Source of the DNA: Tubulanus polymorphus
Taxonomy: Eukaryota; Animalia; Nemertea
Assembly: GCF_964204645.1 (NCBI RefSeq)
Contig: NC_134036.1
Coordinates: 7,850,812-7,914,811 of the forward strand
Direction: 5' to 3'
Length of the DNA: 64,000 nucleotides
The translations under genes and the position numbers were made by a program. Under the pieces are notes generated by a model. It saw nothing but the letters and a program-made list of their open reading frames with translations. It searched no databases and was not told where the DNA came from. Within the stretch, counting starts at the first letter, position 1. Each line of letters opens with the position of its first letter. Positions 14,036-29,200 of this stretch are shown here, piece by piece.

Positions 14036-15819
14036 ATTCACGATTCCGTCGGAAATTAATTCATTTGAAATAGCAGAGAATCATTTGAAATCTCCGAAGC
14101 GTTTGTCTCAGTAATTAGTACGCGAAAATATGGTGATAGAGCTAGAGTGAAAAATAAAGTAAAGTTTATGATATAATAGTTATCTTTCAGTAAATTTAAA
14201 GCAATTCCTTCTCCTATGCATTTTTCATGCCGGTGATTTGCGAAGTTGAAAATAATCGTAAAATTGGTATAAAAACAATGTATTTATCTTTTACCGAACC
14301 TTTATTTTCAATACAATTTTCATGGTACAACCAATCATCCTGGGTTTGATTGTCACCCGCTTGGGCTCACGACAATACACACCCTCGCCGCAAACCCTTC
14401 ATTGGTCTTTTGCATCGCTTTTTGCATCGCCCATGAGTTCATGTGCGGACAGGTTCCCGCTCAGCACCCACCAGATTGGCTAGATATATTGAATCTATAG
14501 TTATACTGCATATGTAATAGTGTAATGTGTAATCAATAAACAACACGTCATAATATACACAATAAATCTATGAACACAATTTCAGCTAAATCTTTAGAAT
14601 TTTCATATCACACGTATAGTCACTTGTTGCACTATATCACACGTATAGTCACTTGTTGCACTAAGATGCCAGTTACTGAGATATATGCATCATGAATACT
14701 CACCGTGAATAGATGAGCACAAGTGGACTCCATATCGAATGGCTCTACTGACAATCAGTAGAAGATGGAATGTTAAACCGCTAATAATGAGGGAAGCATT
14801 AATCCATAGTGGCTATATACAGACGGAGGTACTCTAAATGACAAAATTTCACATGAATTCAGCAAACAATAGCAACTATGATTAATTACTACTGAATGTT
14901 AGGCGAATGTATATGTAATCAGCTAGATCAAGTTCCACAGAAGTGAGTTAAGATTTTACTTGGAGTTAACACATTAAAAATACACTGATTTTAACTCAAG
15001 AGTTTTAGCTCTAACTCAACTGTAGAACCAGGCCCGGAATAACTTTTGCGCACGGCAGTGTGTAAAATTTTTAGGCATGCAGTGACCTTCCAATTAACAA
15101 GCATCAAGCATCGATCAAGAGACACATTAGTCCTAGTAGATATTGTATATGCGTGGTTTATTTTTAATTGTCGGTGATTTAATTGACAATCATATAATGA
15201 CTCTTAGATTTTTATTTATATAATGGTTGTCATTTACACCTTTATTTCTTACAAAAAGTTTCTTTGAAGGTTCGTTAAATCGTTATCCTAACATCTGCTA
15301 AAATCACAAATCCGTTTCCTTTTTTAACCCTAGCATCATGCCTCCGATTAGCAGATCGAACTAGAGCAGTGTTGTAACTATAATTATAACAGAAATATTT
15401 ATTGATTTGAAAAAAAATGATATTCAATCATACAAAAGAAACTGATTCGACGCATTTAACTTGACACTATACCGTTTCGACCTCAGTTTGATAGGTTTAA
15501 GAACTGCAGTTAGATGTGTTGTCTGTAATAAGAACTTTGAAGAAAACGTCAATATAAACCATTATGGATTTGATATTGATACACCGGTCACAATCCTCTC
15601 TTTTATCGTTATCTATAAAATACTTGAGTAAGGCCCTGGCGAGAGAACGTGTCCGTGCACGAATCCGAATGAATAAATTGAGATACCGGATGATAATATT
15701 GAAGATAATATATTTTATTTACCTTGAACAAAGAATGATTTTCCTAATCCATATTGTATATGAATCCCTATCGTTCCGAAGCTTCTCCTGTCCTGCTGTC
15801 GACACTCGTCTTACTAAGG

Positions 15820-16810
15820 TACAGATTCTCCCCTCTCTCTCGATAGCGGCCCCCTTTTGTAGAAAGAACCGGCATTCTCAGAATTCCGATTCTCCCACGC
15901 AGGGTCTTCCGCTTTTTGGCAAGGAGCAGCTACCCAACTGTCATGACCGTTTTTAATTACGGAAAATTTAGCCCTACTGATTTGCTGATCTAAAGGTTTT
16001 TTAGAAACTGATTTGCTGATATAAACTTTTCTTCCAACCCTCCTGTCATGACGCGTTGTGATTTACTCACTCCTTGCTAGTCGTTGTTGAGAGAGCAGCT
16101 ATTGTCTGTGAATTACCAACGAGCGCATACAGACAACAGAAACTTCAGACAGCTAGTTTTAACATTGAACACAAATTAATTTTTCTAAAACATTAGCGAT
16201 TATTAACAATTTGTTCTTAAACAACATCTAGATTACTCAAATTAAATATCTTTTCAAAACTTTGTTTTCTTTTCTAATTACAGTACAAATTCATTGTTTC
16301 TTTTTTAATTATTATAATTAACTACGATTCGGAATACATTGTGATTGATTATCAATTCTTAAATTATTTGAAATACTTATATTAATTATTTTATCTACAA
16401 TTTAACTAATTCTATTTTAATACAGGATAAGCAAAACAACCACATCTTCCTAAACTTCCGGTTTTTCCTTTTACGGAAAGTAGCCGGGAATATCATCAAG
16501 TATCAGCGTGATCCCTTCACGAGCCTCATTATAAATACACTCCATTGTTCCGACCCAACCAAATATGGTTCCAACTATTTAAAAGTTTTATATAAAGATT
16601 TTCTGAATGTTTGCCATATCTCAAAGCAGAAGAACCGAGAAAGAATTGTCTTTTATAGACTGATTTATGGTTTGCGTAATTCTTACTACTAGTACGTTCT
16701 TGTCTGACGGCTTTAACGTAACCCCCACGCATACGGAAACAACATTAAGAACATTTCTAAATACTACGAAAAATTTTCAAATACTACGAAAATCTAGCTG
16801 TGGATCAATA
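15820..16810 (+). repeat. Dispersed ~1-kb repeat, copy 1
   Basis: Shares GCAAAACAAC, AGAAGAACCGAGAAA and TACTACGAAA..GCTG.GGATC blocks with 23560-24140 and 32570-33425. Confidence 0.75.
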
Positions 16811-19800
16811 TCAATATATATTGACATCCATTTTAATTCTGCTGAATTAACATCTTAATCCACCAATTTAGATTCATCTCCTAAATAACGGTTCAGCTTT
16901 ACTTGCTACTGATTATTAAAAAAACATGATCTATACCATATGTGTTCATCAATTCGGGATGATGCTGTTGTAATCCGAATCTTAAAAGGGAACAGGTGAG
17001 TTCATACAGTGGGAATTATTAAAATTGAGCTGAAATTGTATTCAACAGTTTATCGATTAGGGAGGTGTCATTCCGTATTAAATATCATTAGATACCGTAC
17101 ATAGTACCGGGGTATTTCTAGTTTTTACTATGAAGATTCATTGATATTTATTCTCGATAGTATTAGAACTTCCAAGGTGTTATCGGCTTCTCAAATAGCG
17201 AGTTATTTATAGTTTCATTCAATCGCCCGCTAAAGGTGTATTCACAAATTTCAAATTTTAGAGGTGCAATGGTTGTCGCGTGATATTTGAAGATTAAATC
17301 TTTGCGTCGGGAGTTAATAGTTGTCAACGGTGGCAGCCTTCTACGCCCGATCGTTTGCACGCTGGGGAGTAAAAATCTACATTTGGGGATTCCGATTCAA
17401 GATGATTGAAAATCCTTAACCGGAATATTCGAGACTTAGAGACTTATTTTTTTTTTGCTAAAGAATAAACTAACTGCCAAAAATCATTTTCAACCCTGAA
17501 TGATGTAATGGGCAGAATAGGAAGGCCTAACCAGTTCTAATCTGACTCCTCATCATGCAATATCCTAATTATTAGAAGGGGAACAACGATAATTCGACTC
17601 GCCTAACACACTCGCCAGATAACATGTTGATGTTTGGCCTACACGCAGGCAAAAATTATTATGAAGATGTCACACGCTTATTTTTCTGTGGAAACCTTAC
17701 TGCTTTTTCAAAAACAATTATAGCTGTAAGTAATTCGATACCTATCGATCAAAACTTAATCTTGAATATGTACACGTATATAAAACCTTCAACGTGTTTG
17801 TTTGGATGAAGTGCGGAAAAGCCTTTATCGGGTTTGCTTTCAGAACATATGTTCCATCCATTATCGATTTCACACATGCATCTGATATTTTGAAATAATT
17901 TCCTTTTTATTTTATGTTTCAAATATCACATTTCATCGTATAATAACGGAAGACTATTAATACCTGTAGACCAGTTTAATTTGTGAGCCCGTCGACAACT
18001 TCTCAGACATCATAAGTGTGAAATATTAACGACCAATCCCTGAAATCATCTGCAAATGTTATTTGATATATTGTGTGGTACTTGTAGTTCATTTTTTCGC
18101 ATTTTTAAAGCAAAATTACTATAGGCGATGCCCTGTTTAATGTGAAATGTAACGTCAAACAGTCTTTTTTGAAAGTGCAAGAATGAATATCGTTTGTCCC
18201 GATTTTGTAGATCATTGCTCATAAAAAACGTATCAGGTGAAGTGAGGATTTTCACATATAAAAATATCCGGATAAAATGTTAAATGACTTGTGATTTTAG
18301 TTCAATCAAAAAGTTACCAGCTGAAATACTGACGATGAGATCAATCAATTGTTGTAACTGTTGTTTTTAATCAACACATTTTAGGGAAAAGACATTTTGA
18401 TAAATCGATTTGAGAATGCTTTTTGATAATCTCCAATGCCTGGTCTTCATCTTCAGTTACGAATGTCTCAACTTAAGTATCGGGTCTTTCTATATTTTTT
18501 TGCACTAAATATCTTAAAAAATTGGAATAATTTTTATGGTATTCCACAGAATTTCACCTGCACTGATTATGGTAATAAAGACACAATGCCAAAATGTCTT
18601 TTCTTGGTAATGTCCATACAAATATATGGCAAGACCCTCAGATCCTATCCGTGGAAACTCCCTTAACTAATATAGTCAGGTTTTTAAATTCGGACATGAC
18701 TTACACGTTGAATTATTGTTACGAAATTTTAAATTGTTCTGATGCAAATTTATCGACTTTCGAACCAGATATTTATTTGGCGCAATTGATCCTAACGGTA
18801 TGCTTTTATCATTTCTACGCTTGGTGCTGTGATTGTTTTAGACAGTTTGGCTGAATAATTTAGGCATCATCGAATTCGCTCCAGACCGTGTTAAAAGAAG
18901 CAACTGTGAACAACACCTCGAAAACAAGATCTGCGGTGATCAAAATCATCAACTACAATTTCTCTTTGAAAGAAAATTAAATATCCGTCTTAGATATGTT
19001 CCTTGAATTCAATTTCGAGAAAGAATTTAGGAAGAGAATAAATGTTGTCGTCACCTAGATTCGAACCCGTGTCGTGTTATCACGACCACAGCGAATAGAA
19101 GTAGTTGTTAAAGTGACGGATCGATTTATCCATATCAAGAGCTGTACTCGAATTATGTTTGCTTTCAAAACGTATGTTTTTGGGCAAAATCGATTTAACG
19201 CCTATATATTGCTGGCTAAATTATCATTGCATGCTGTGAAATTCGCTGACGAAACTAGTGAGTAGAATTATATGTTACATGGTAAGCATAATTATTATGA
19301 CATGATTTTTCATCGGTGTTTTTAATTAGATATGTCTTACTATCATGTGCATACATGTTTATTATCACGTGGATGCGTCCCGAGAAAATCATTTAGAAAT
19401 GAAATCAAAATTTCGTTTGACGTCGCGAGTTTTTATCTCAACATTAATTCGTTTACGCTAAAGGGGATGTTTCCGTAATCACTGTCTGATTTCATGAATT
19501 TAACGCAGCTTTGGAAGACGTCCTTTTTAGCGAAAAGATTATTAATTTTTCAAATCAAATCAGGTGATTCATCTAAATCATTCTTTTTCTGTAATCCTTA
19601 GGTCGAAACAGTGCGCGCACATACACATTTACTAAAACTATAAAAGCATGATATACGACATGAAAAATTGTCCATTTTATCCTTTTAGGTGTTTTTGATT
19701 GAGAGATCATCAGTTAAAGAATAGGTATTATGAACTATTCAAAATTCATCTATTATAAGTATAATACTACATTGAATTGTTATTTCAAATGTCTTCCTGC

Positions 19801-20128
19801 CATTTCATATGCAATGTTTTCAGGATATTGCGTCCAACGGCTGATTACAAATACTCTCAGAATGTGATGTTAAAATCAGTTTATCAATTAATAGAAAACA
19901 ATTAATAAAAGACTGCATAAAAAGAAAATACATTACATTGTCAAAAAATCTAAAGATAACGAAAATATTGATTACCACCATGATAAGCAACAAAATGGCA
20001 TTCAACCATATAAAAGCTTAAAACGAATTTTTGGTTTTTTAGGAATAAGGAAATTCGTCGTCAATCGAATTAATCGTATAATCCATTGAAATCTAAATTC
20101 ATCAAAATGTGTATATTTTACTTTCAGA

Positions 20129-21064
20129 ATGTTCACTAAATTCTTGTCCCTCGCCTTGATCTTGTTTATTGTCATCGGAGCTATTGAAGGTATATAACCT
20201 ACTTATTATTAGAGAGAAGTTTTGTGTACTCGGACGTAGAAATAGTATTACTTGTCAGTTCATATATTTGAGTTGACCATGTTAGCTTATTGGAAGTCGT
20301 TGATTATCAATTATGTAGTAATGGCATTCCTCATTAATTCCGATTATACTTGCATTGATTGAAAACGGTGAATTTTCTAAGTTTTGATGACACCGCCGTT
20401 TTTTATCTCATCAGGGTGTGGGAACTATCTCGGATGTTATAAGGACGGCCCTCAAAGAGATTTGACTAGTCGTGCAGCCGATACAAAGAAAAGAACAATC
20501 CAATCATGCGTGCAAACATGTAAGGATAAAGGTAATGACAATTCTACTTGTGTATTAGACCAAAAGACTAAGAGAGGTAAAATGACGAGATTTTGAATTT
20601 GAAGTTCGCCATGGATCACAGCCTTAAGCTCTGCAATGTACCACAAATTGAACAAAAGTCATTTATGATTCGTGTCTTTCTTGAAATGCGGCGACACAGA
20701 CAATAGCAACTACTTTTTCAACTATATCTACAATAAAAACTCCGAGAGGAGGACCGCGTTAACAAAGTTTCCCCAGAATGTGCTTCATAACAGTGTTAAA
20801 CTAATAACTATAAATAGACTTTTCACGAACCTTTAGACCCTCACACCTTTGTTTTTCCGATGAATAATCGTCAAATTTACCTTTTTTTCAGGATATAAAT
20901 TCGCTGGACTTCAGGCTGGTTGGCAATGTTTCTGTGGTAATCGTGTCGGCAAGTATGGACCAGCACCAGAATCTCAATGTAACATGAAATGTTTAGCAAA
21001 CCCAAATGAAACATGTGGAGGCGGCTATTGGAAGAATTCCGTATACGTTACTTCAATCATGTAA
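20129..21064 (+). CDS. Host secreted single-WSC-domain protein (116 aa; exons 20129-20189, 20415-20531, 20892-21064)
   Basis: GT-AG phase-1 introns; signal peptide [21 protein letters not shown]; WSC pattern [50 protein letters not shown]; AATAAA at ~21103. Confidence 0.9.
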
Positions 21065-21224
21065 ATATAAGATGAATTCGATGTTCGTCGATTTAGAACC
21101 TCAATAAAAATTGATTAAAAATGCATGTATTATGTTTTCTTTAATCAACTTCAATTGACGTCAGAGACGGAGATGAGTCCGTTGTGCTGGATCTAAACAG
21201 GGCTACCCAATCACCGATAAAACA

Positions 21225-21425
21225 GTAAAAAAATCCAGCAGCAGATGAACCAGAAATTTCCGTTTAGAAATCCGTTTTATATCAGGCCGTTTTGTAATCA
21301 TAATCCGATAGTCAAACAATCTGAAAAACGGATTTTATCCGTTAAAAAAATGCAACGGAAAATCTGTTGAATTACAGATTTCTAAACGGAATTTTCTGGT
21401 TCATCTGCTGTCGGTTTTTTTAAAT
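21225..21425. repeat. Fold-back/MITE-like inverted repeat
   Basis: CAGCAGATGAACCAGAAATTTCCGTTTAGAAATC versus GATTTCTAAACGGAATTTTCTGGTTCATCTGCTG. Confidence 0.75.
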
Positions 21426-22299
21426 GTTTTCATCCGATGTGTCCATGACTTTTCCGTACTAAGCGAGCAAAAATCCATTGAACAGACAGAATATAATTCA
21501 ATAATACAGGTTTTAATACGATCTAAAAATGGTACAAAATTTTGACTGACTTTAAGTATATGTAATAACAAAACCGTTGCAAAATGCGTGATCTATCTAG
21601 CATCGCTTTTACACATTTACTGTAATGATTAAAGAAAATAACTAAATATCCCTTTCTGTTAGAATGGCTACGATGATGTTCCTTGAGTGGTGATTTGAAT
21701 TAACATACGTACATACAGAAAAATCCTAACAAATTAACATAAAAGAGTATTCAATTAAAACTTATCAACTCTTGACTCACTTAAAAAAATTCACTTTCCT
21801 AAAAGCCTGTTACATTATTTCAAGGAATTACTGCACTTGTGAATGTGATTCTAATAATATGTGTACTAGAACAATTGGTCCACGTACGATTAAGCTACTG
21901 ACGTAAAAAACAACCGAAAAAGCGTCTCAATTGATCGTTTCTACAAAATTATACCCTCAAAACGATAATGACTTGAAAGCGTACATTACTCGTGATAAAA
22001 TTCCATTCTTAACACAGAGTAACATGAGACACATCTACATAGTCTAATGTAAAACTAGTAAGATATGCATATGCATAAGAATCGGTAAAGGCTGAATTAT
22101 TTCATACAATTTCTATATATGCATCCGGATTTTGGATGTACTGGTGCAATATGTTGCCAAAAATAAAATCTGATCACCATTCTTTTTAATTCACATGAAT
22201 TAAAAAGATTTCTAGTACAACGAAAGTCTTCTATAACCTTCATTTGCTTTGCAGCACATTTTCCCCTATTATCTGTTGATCTCTTTTTCTGCTGGTGTA

Positions 22300-22678
22300 G
22301 TTTTCTCTTTGAAAGCAAAGACTGAGGGAACAGCGTCTGGTTTCAAGATTTTCCTTTCCCCTGAAATTGAAATTTGGACAACACGTTTAAAGATAAAAGC
22401 CTTTAAAAGTTAAAAAGAGCTTAGTGGTAGATTTTCAGCATATAGATTTCTCATGCAAATTTAAACTAACCTTAAAGTTCAGTTTCTCTGTGATCATCCG
22501 ATTTAAAGTGCTTGTGACAAACAAAGCTACGTTGACCAGGCGACCATAACTTTCTTTTGTCAGTATTATCGGCTCTTTTTATTGCTACACACCATTCCTT
22601 ACACAGGTTTTTCTTGGTAGGGAACTTATGTCCCCCTTTGTTATTGCGACCAACCACAACACAATAGGCCTAGTCATA
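22300..22678 (-). pseudogene. THAP-domain gene remnant (two exons)
   Basis: HKFP..W..AIKR..W.P..FVCHKHF followed after an intron by LKPDAVPSVF. Confidence 0.7.
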
Positions 22679-22789
22679 CATTGTGAAATCTCCGATAATA
22701 GCACGAATAACAACATTTGACTTGGATTTTACTTCCGGGTTGTCTCGCAAATCTCGCAAAAATGGCTCGTGAGAATGGTGCTGAATTTA

Positions 22790-23525
22790 ACCCGGAAATG
22801 AATTCAAAGTATAACCGAAATACCTTATGTTCTATTTCATTTGCAATTAAAATCTCTCGCTTCAAGTTTTTAGTCAGCGATATTTCACTTATCATACATC
22901 GGCACGCATATGCCTTTAAATATGATATCCTGACAATGTGATGAATTCGATAAAACCTCACTTCGAACGCTAAAGATCACTAGAAATGTCAAAGAACCAC
23001 CAAAAATAACAAATTCAGCGATAACGCTGGAAGCAGCTAATGCAAGTGATGACTGGTGCAGGGTGTCATCACTTTGTTGTTGAGTTCAAGACTCTAAGGT
23101 GAATTTTTTTGCAGGCTACACTGATTATTATGAAAATATATTATGAAATAAAATTGATTTTAGAAGGACTACACTCGTACTAGATTCATAATAAAAATAT
23201 GAAAAGTACTGGACTCGAATCAACAATTAAAATTGGGCTGTCAAGTGCTGCCACCATGTGATACCTGGCAACCAGTCATTACATCGTAAGCCATGGCAAA
23301 ATGTTTTTTTTGGATAATTTTAGGACATTTATAGTGATTTCTAGCCTTTGCAGTGAGGTTTTGTTATCATATCCAACGTAACGGTAGGATAACATATTTA
23401 AAGGATTACACGTAACGATATAGGCCTAGAGTAAATAAAATATCGCTCATTGAACACTTGAAGCGAGAGATTTTCATTGCAAATGAACTAGAGCATGGCG
23501 GATTCAGGTTCAAATTTCCGGTTTA
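22790..23525. mobile_element. MITE-like element with long imperfect inverted arms
   Basis: TTCATTTGCAAT..AAATCTCTCGCTTCAAGT (~22836) versus ACTTGAAGCGAGAGATTT..ATTGCAAATGAA (~23456). Confidence 0.6.
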
Positions 23526-23559
23526 GCGCCATCAAACGAGTATTTCAAGAACTTGAATT

Positions 23560-24140
23560 TGTCGATATCCCGTATTAACATCCAGGATACTCAAATTAAA
23601 TATATTTTCAAAACTTTAGTATTCGTCTCAAATTACGGTAATGCTCATTGTTTCTTTTTGAATTTTTAGAAATACTTTTGATTCGGACCTTCATTATGAT
23701 CAATTATCATTCTTAAAATCACTCAATAACTGGTATACTAATTTTATTACAATACGGGATAGAGCAAAACAACAATGTCTCCCCAAACTTCCGTTTTTCT
23801 TTTTATAGAAAGTACTCGGGAGTGTCATGAAGTAACAGCGTGATCATTTCACCAGCCAAATTATTAATGCACCCCATTGTTTCGACCTAACCGAACACGG
23901 TCTATACTTAAGTTTAATAAAAAGATTCTGAATGTTTGCCAGATATCGCAGCAGAAGAACCGAGAAAGAATTATTTTAACACCAGGCTAATTTATGGTCA
24001 GCGCCGATAGATTAAAGCATCAAACAACGACCTGCTTACTCCATCGTTTGTTGTCTGACACCCATTAATAACCACCAATGCATTCAGGAAATCAACATTA
24101 CAAACATTTTCTAGCTACTACGAAATCTTGCTGCGGATCT
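23560..24140 (+). repeat. Dispersed repeat, copy 2 (partial)
   Basis: Same blocks as 16200-16810. Confidence 0.75.
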
Positions 24141-25766
24141 ATCAGTATGAACCCCGCGCCGACGGAATTTCTGTTTTTCTGGTTCTCAGACCGTCTTAGT
24201 GATCTCCTTTTTAGGCGAAAAAGGATGTCCCCAATGGTTTCATATGCTTTTAAATTCTTGGGTCCCTTAGGCTATGTAAAAAGTCTAACGTTAGTTTAGG
24301 CTACAGCACACTAATCTGCCGTGTATTGAGCGTTCACGCTCAATACACGGCAGATTAGACAAGGTGACCTTGATTAAGCAGACAAAGAGTGACATGAACT
24401 GAATCGATTTCCTTACTATACCGCTGCCGGTGAACTCGGAACAAACGCGTTTGCCTCGGGTTGCCAAGGCTACCGAGGCAGGCTGCAAACAAGCCGTAGC
24501 CTATAGGCCTAGGCCCTTAGCCTCGTTGAAAGCCAGTTAGATGGCATATGATAGGCCTATGAGTAGGCCTATATTAACCCCCACGACCGGAGGTCACAGT
24601 CCACCGAATCCAACGAAATGAATTCTGTGGCAACTGGTCACATTCCGCACGGATTTTGACCAATGGATTTTAATTGGTTGGGTATATTTGAGAAAGAGCG
24701 AGACCACCTTCTGCATAATGAGCATTTTCCGATGACGTCACGTATACGTAGGCTAATCGATGTCCATAGGCCTATGTCTGTAAACAAACAAGGGCACGTG
24801 CTTCATAGCAAAATAGAATAAAACAGAATTCCGTTCTATTAATCGCTGAGGTAATCGCAAAATGAGCGAGACACCTAAACGACTTTCCAGGCCTCGATGA
24901 GCCCAATAGGAACATAGAAAACAATTAGGCCTAAGCCTAGATTAGGCCTATATTACATTTACACAACAGAAATTTATTGAACCAATCCATTTAACATTGT
25001 CAACCAAGTGAAAGCCCTCCGATAACTCATCCCATTCATTTATATTTTCCTTAAAGGTCAACTGCCCTCCGATTCCTACATTTTGAGATTGACCTTCCAA
25101 ATTATACTTTAGTACATAAATAACGACCTGGGATCAGCCTTAAAGGCTAGAAAAAAAATCACTTATTTGTCTTGGATCAGTAAAATTAGATAACTGGATC
25201 ATTGACCTAGCCTATAGGCCTAATCCTATAGGCAATAATCCCGTGCTGTTTCGATAAAGCATAAACTTCGATGGCGAGTTTATCTGCTTCCACCGCCATT
25301 CATCTCGCCTGCAAATCACTGTTCTTTTTCATTTGTTCAATTTCCAAATGCAATTTCTCATTTAATAGGGTTAGTATATTGCAACTCCAGTACATCAGAT
25401 TGTCGTATCTTTTTCGCTGCTCGTTTTGGTGGTGGAATTATTGGAGATGGTGGGCGTTCTGTAGATTGTACGCCTATTGGCTGTGGTGGAATTGGTGCAT
25501 CTTGCAATTCAAGCAGTTCATCCGAAAAAAAAATGAAATGAAAATAACTTATCAATCAGTTTTGTTTTAAGTCAAAACATTTCGTTGATGTGGGCCTACA
25601 TTGTAAACCATCAAGACTTATAATCTCCGGTCAAAAGAAAATTCAGCTTTCCTTCAAAAAAGCTGCGTTTATTGATTTATGTATATTATTTAATGTAAAG
25701 TCGCGAAACAATAAGCGTATTCGACAGTGCGCTAGCGCCGTGGCTGCACACACCAGACTGGATTTA

Positions 25767-25955
25767 AGTAATAGGGGTAATGGGCTTTCAGATCAAAGGT
25801 CGAAGGGTCGAGCTCGTAAAAAAATGAAAATAACAATAATTTACAGTTGAATTAGTCGCGCACACTCCTAATTCAACTGTAAATTATTGTTATTTTCATT
25901 TTTTACTCACTCGCCCCTTCAACCTTTAACCCGAAAGCCCATTACCCCTATTACT
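25767..25955. repeat. Terminal ~190-bp hairpin of copy C
   Basis: AGTAATAGGGGTAATGGGCTTTC...GAAAGCCCATTACCCCTATTACT arms; loop TCGCGCACACTC. Confidence 0.9.
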
Positions 25956-26205
25956 CTTAAGATATTCACATATACATGAATAAAATATAAATGAATAACA
26001 TTTAAATTGACAGATTATTCAATATAAAAGTGTAAGCTGTTATAGAATAGATATATAGATATATTTACAACATTATTTCAATATTCATATTTGTGTGAGT
26101 TAGATTTTTAAACATTAAAAGTGTTAGTAATGTGTGATTGAAATAATACATGATATAAATCATTGAACTTCTAAAATCAATTTAAAAAAAAAATTTGATA
26201 TTAAA

Positions 26206-29200
26206 ATGGAAACAAATAAGTACTACTGTCCGACTTGTAAAATCAATATAGATAAATCTCAAAAAGCAAGACACAATAAAACTAAAACACATTTAGAGAA
26301 TAAATTAAAGTTAAAATATAAAGATGATATATTAGAAACTAAATTAGATGAATTAAAGAATGAAAAAAAAATATATAAATGTGATACATGTAATCAATCA
26401 TTCACTGATAAAAGATATTATAAAGAACATTTAAAATCTACAAGTCATATTAGAAATAAGAATAATGATATTTTAGGTGAGGATTATTTTGATAAAGATA
26501 ATGATAAGAAACGGAAGACAATTAAAAGAATAAAGAATAAATTATATTAATTCATTAGATAATAAAAAAGAAATAGAGATAACCGAAGCATTTAAAAGTG
26601 ATATTGGACCAGCAGCTATCGAGTTTAAATTTCATACAGGAAAAACATTAGAAGAAAATAAAAATCATTAAGAAAATATGAAAAGTATTATAAAAATAAT
26701 TACTGATGTTGAATACCCAAAAATTAGTATATCTTCTAAAGTAAAGTTTATAAAATCTGAAGATAAACCAATATATAATATAAATTCTCATTCACAACAT
26801 ATTTTTTCAAAACAACATATAGATGAAAAATTAGATAAATGTTATAATGAAGTAAAAACTAAAATAGAAGAGAAATATTTTGAAGGATCAGGTTCAATAT
26901 TTGATGAAATAATATTTATGACTTTACATGTGTATAACACAAAATATAATAAGTTAACTAAATCAAAACCAATTGATGAAAATAATTTATCATATTATAA
27001 AGATGATAATATAAATGCAGCAAGTTATATTAAACTACTATTTAAAACTAATGCTGTAATAAATGTACAAAATTTTGATGATAAATGTTTTCTATGAACA
27101 ATAATTAGTTGCTTAGATCCAACAAAAGATATTACACATAGTCTTAACAAATTATAAACCATTTGAAAATGATTATGAGATAGATAATTACCCAGTTAGA
27201 ATTAAAAATATCCCAAAAATAGAAAGAGATAATAATATAAAGATAAATGTGTTTGATTTACTCAAATTACAAAAAACAAAAGGTAACAATATAAAACATT
27301 ATACATTAGAACCTTTATACCTATCAAAAGATTATGATTCAAATGATGCTATAGATATATTATATTATGAGAATCATTATATGTGGATTAAAAGAATAGA
27401 TTTTTTTTTTAAATAAGAAAATGATTTTGATGATAAAATATATCTATGTAGAAAATGTTTACATAAATTCAGAACTGAAAGTGCATAATTAAATCATAAA
27501 CAATTACGTGATAATCATGATTATTGTAAAATAGTTTTACCAAATGAAAAGGATAAAGTATTAGAATTCAAAAAATATGATAACAAGAATAAAATACCAT
27601 TTGTAATATATGGAGATTTTGAATCATTAAATAAAGAATTAACTGATCAAGATAGAAAAGAAATATATTATAAAAGAAAGAAATTAAATTCTAATGAAAA
27701 TGATATAATTGATTAATCAGATCCTCTAATAACAAATACTATTAAAAAGATTCCTCAATCAGCTGCAGCTTTCGGATTATATATTAAATCTGATTATCTA
27801 TAACTAATTGAAAGTGAATATTATCGTTATAGAAATGAAAATGTTATCAATCATTTTTGTGACTTATTAATTGAATATGAAATCAAATTAAGTAAACTAT
27901 TAGATACAAACATAGAAATTATAATGACAGAAGAAGATAAAGAAGCATTTGTGTTTGCAGATAAATGTTATTATTGTGAAAAACTATTTAATTTTAGAGA
28001 TAAAAAAGTAAGAGACCATGATCATTTAAATGGAAAGTTAAGAGGCGCAGCGCATGAGAATTGTAACTTACAAGCTAAGAAAATTAACTTTGTTCCAGTA
28101 ATATTTCATAATTTATCAGGATATGACGCTCATTTATTCACCGAACAGTTGTGTCATGAAATAGAAAGATTAAATTCAAATAGATTAAAAAATAAAATAC
28201 CAACTTATAAATTTAAAATGTTAGCTAAAACATCTGAGAATTACATATCATTCCAATTCGGGTGTCTAAGATTTATAGATTCATATAGGTTTCTAGGTAG
28301 TTCATTAGATAATTTGTCAAAATCATTAGTTGATGATGAATTAAGAATATTAAAACAACACTATCCAAATAATGATGATTTTCAATTAATAAGATATAAA
28401 GGCGCAATTCAATATTCATTTTATAAATCACATAATGATTTTAACATAACTGAATTATTAAAAGAACAATTCTATGATGAATTAAAAAATTAATATGTTA
28501 AAGATGAAGTCTATAATAGAAAATTGAATATTTGGAATCATTTTAGAATGAAAAATCATGGACAGTTAGTAGATTTATATTTAAAATCAGATATATTATT
28601 ATTATTATCGGATATATTTGAAAGGTTTAGAGATGTAAATCTAAAGTATTTTAATATTGATCCATGTCATTGTTATTTTAGCTCAGGATTAACTTGGGAT
28701 TGTGGTTTAAAATTTACAGATATAAAAATGGATTTGTTAACAAATATAGATCAATTATTATTATTTGAAAAATCTATAAGAGGAGGAATTTCAGGTGTAT
28801 TAGGTGATAGATATTTCAATGTAAATGATAATCCTGGATATAAATTTTTATATATAGATGCAAATAATTTGTATGGTTGGGCAATGATGGAACCACAACC
28901 TTATGGAGTATTTGAAATAAGTGAAGTTTTACAACATGAAAATAATGATAAATTTGATTGGAAGAAAAGATTTCTAGATATTGCAGATGATTCAGAGACT
29001 GGTTACTTCTTTGTTGTAGACTTGGGATATCCTGAACATATTAAATTTGAATCTAGAAATCTAGCATACTGTCCCGAACATAAAACTGTAACTCATAAAG
29101 AATTATCAAATTACCAATAAAGAATTAAACCCGAAAATCATATTCATACAGAAAAGTTAATGGTAACTCAAGAAGATAAATATAATTATGTAGTACATTA

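Noticed and set aside
25250-25555. Pro-rich/coiled-coil fragment resembling Harbinger-associated Myb/SANT protein tails
   Set aside because: No DNA-binding domain or transposase seen; evidence too weak
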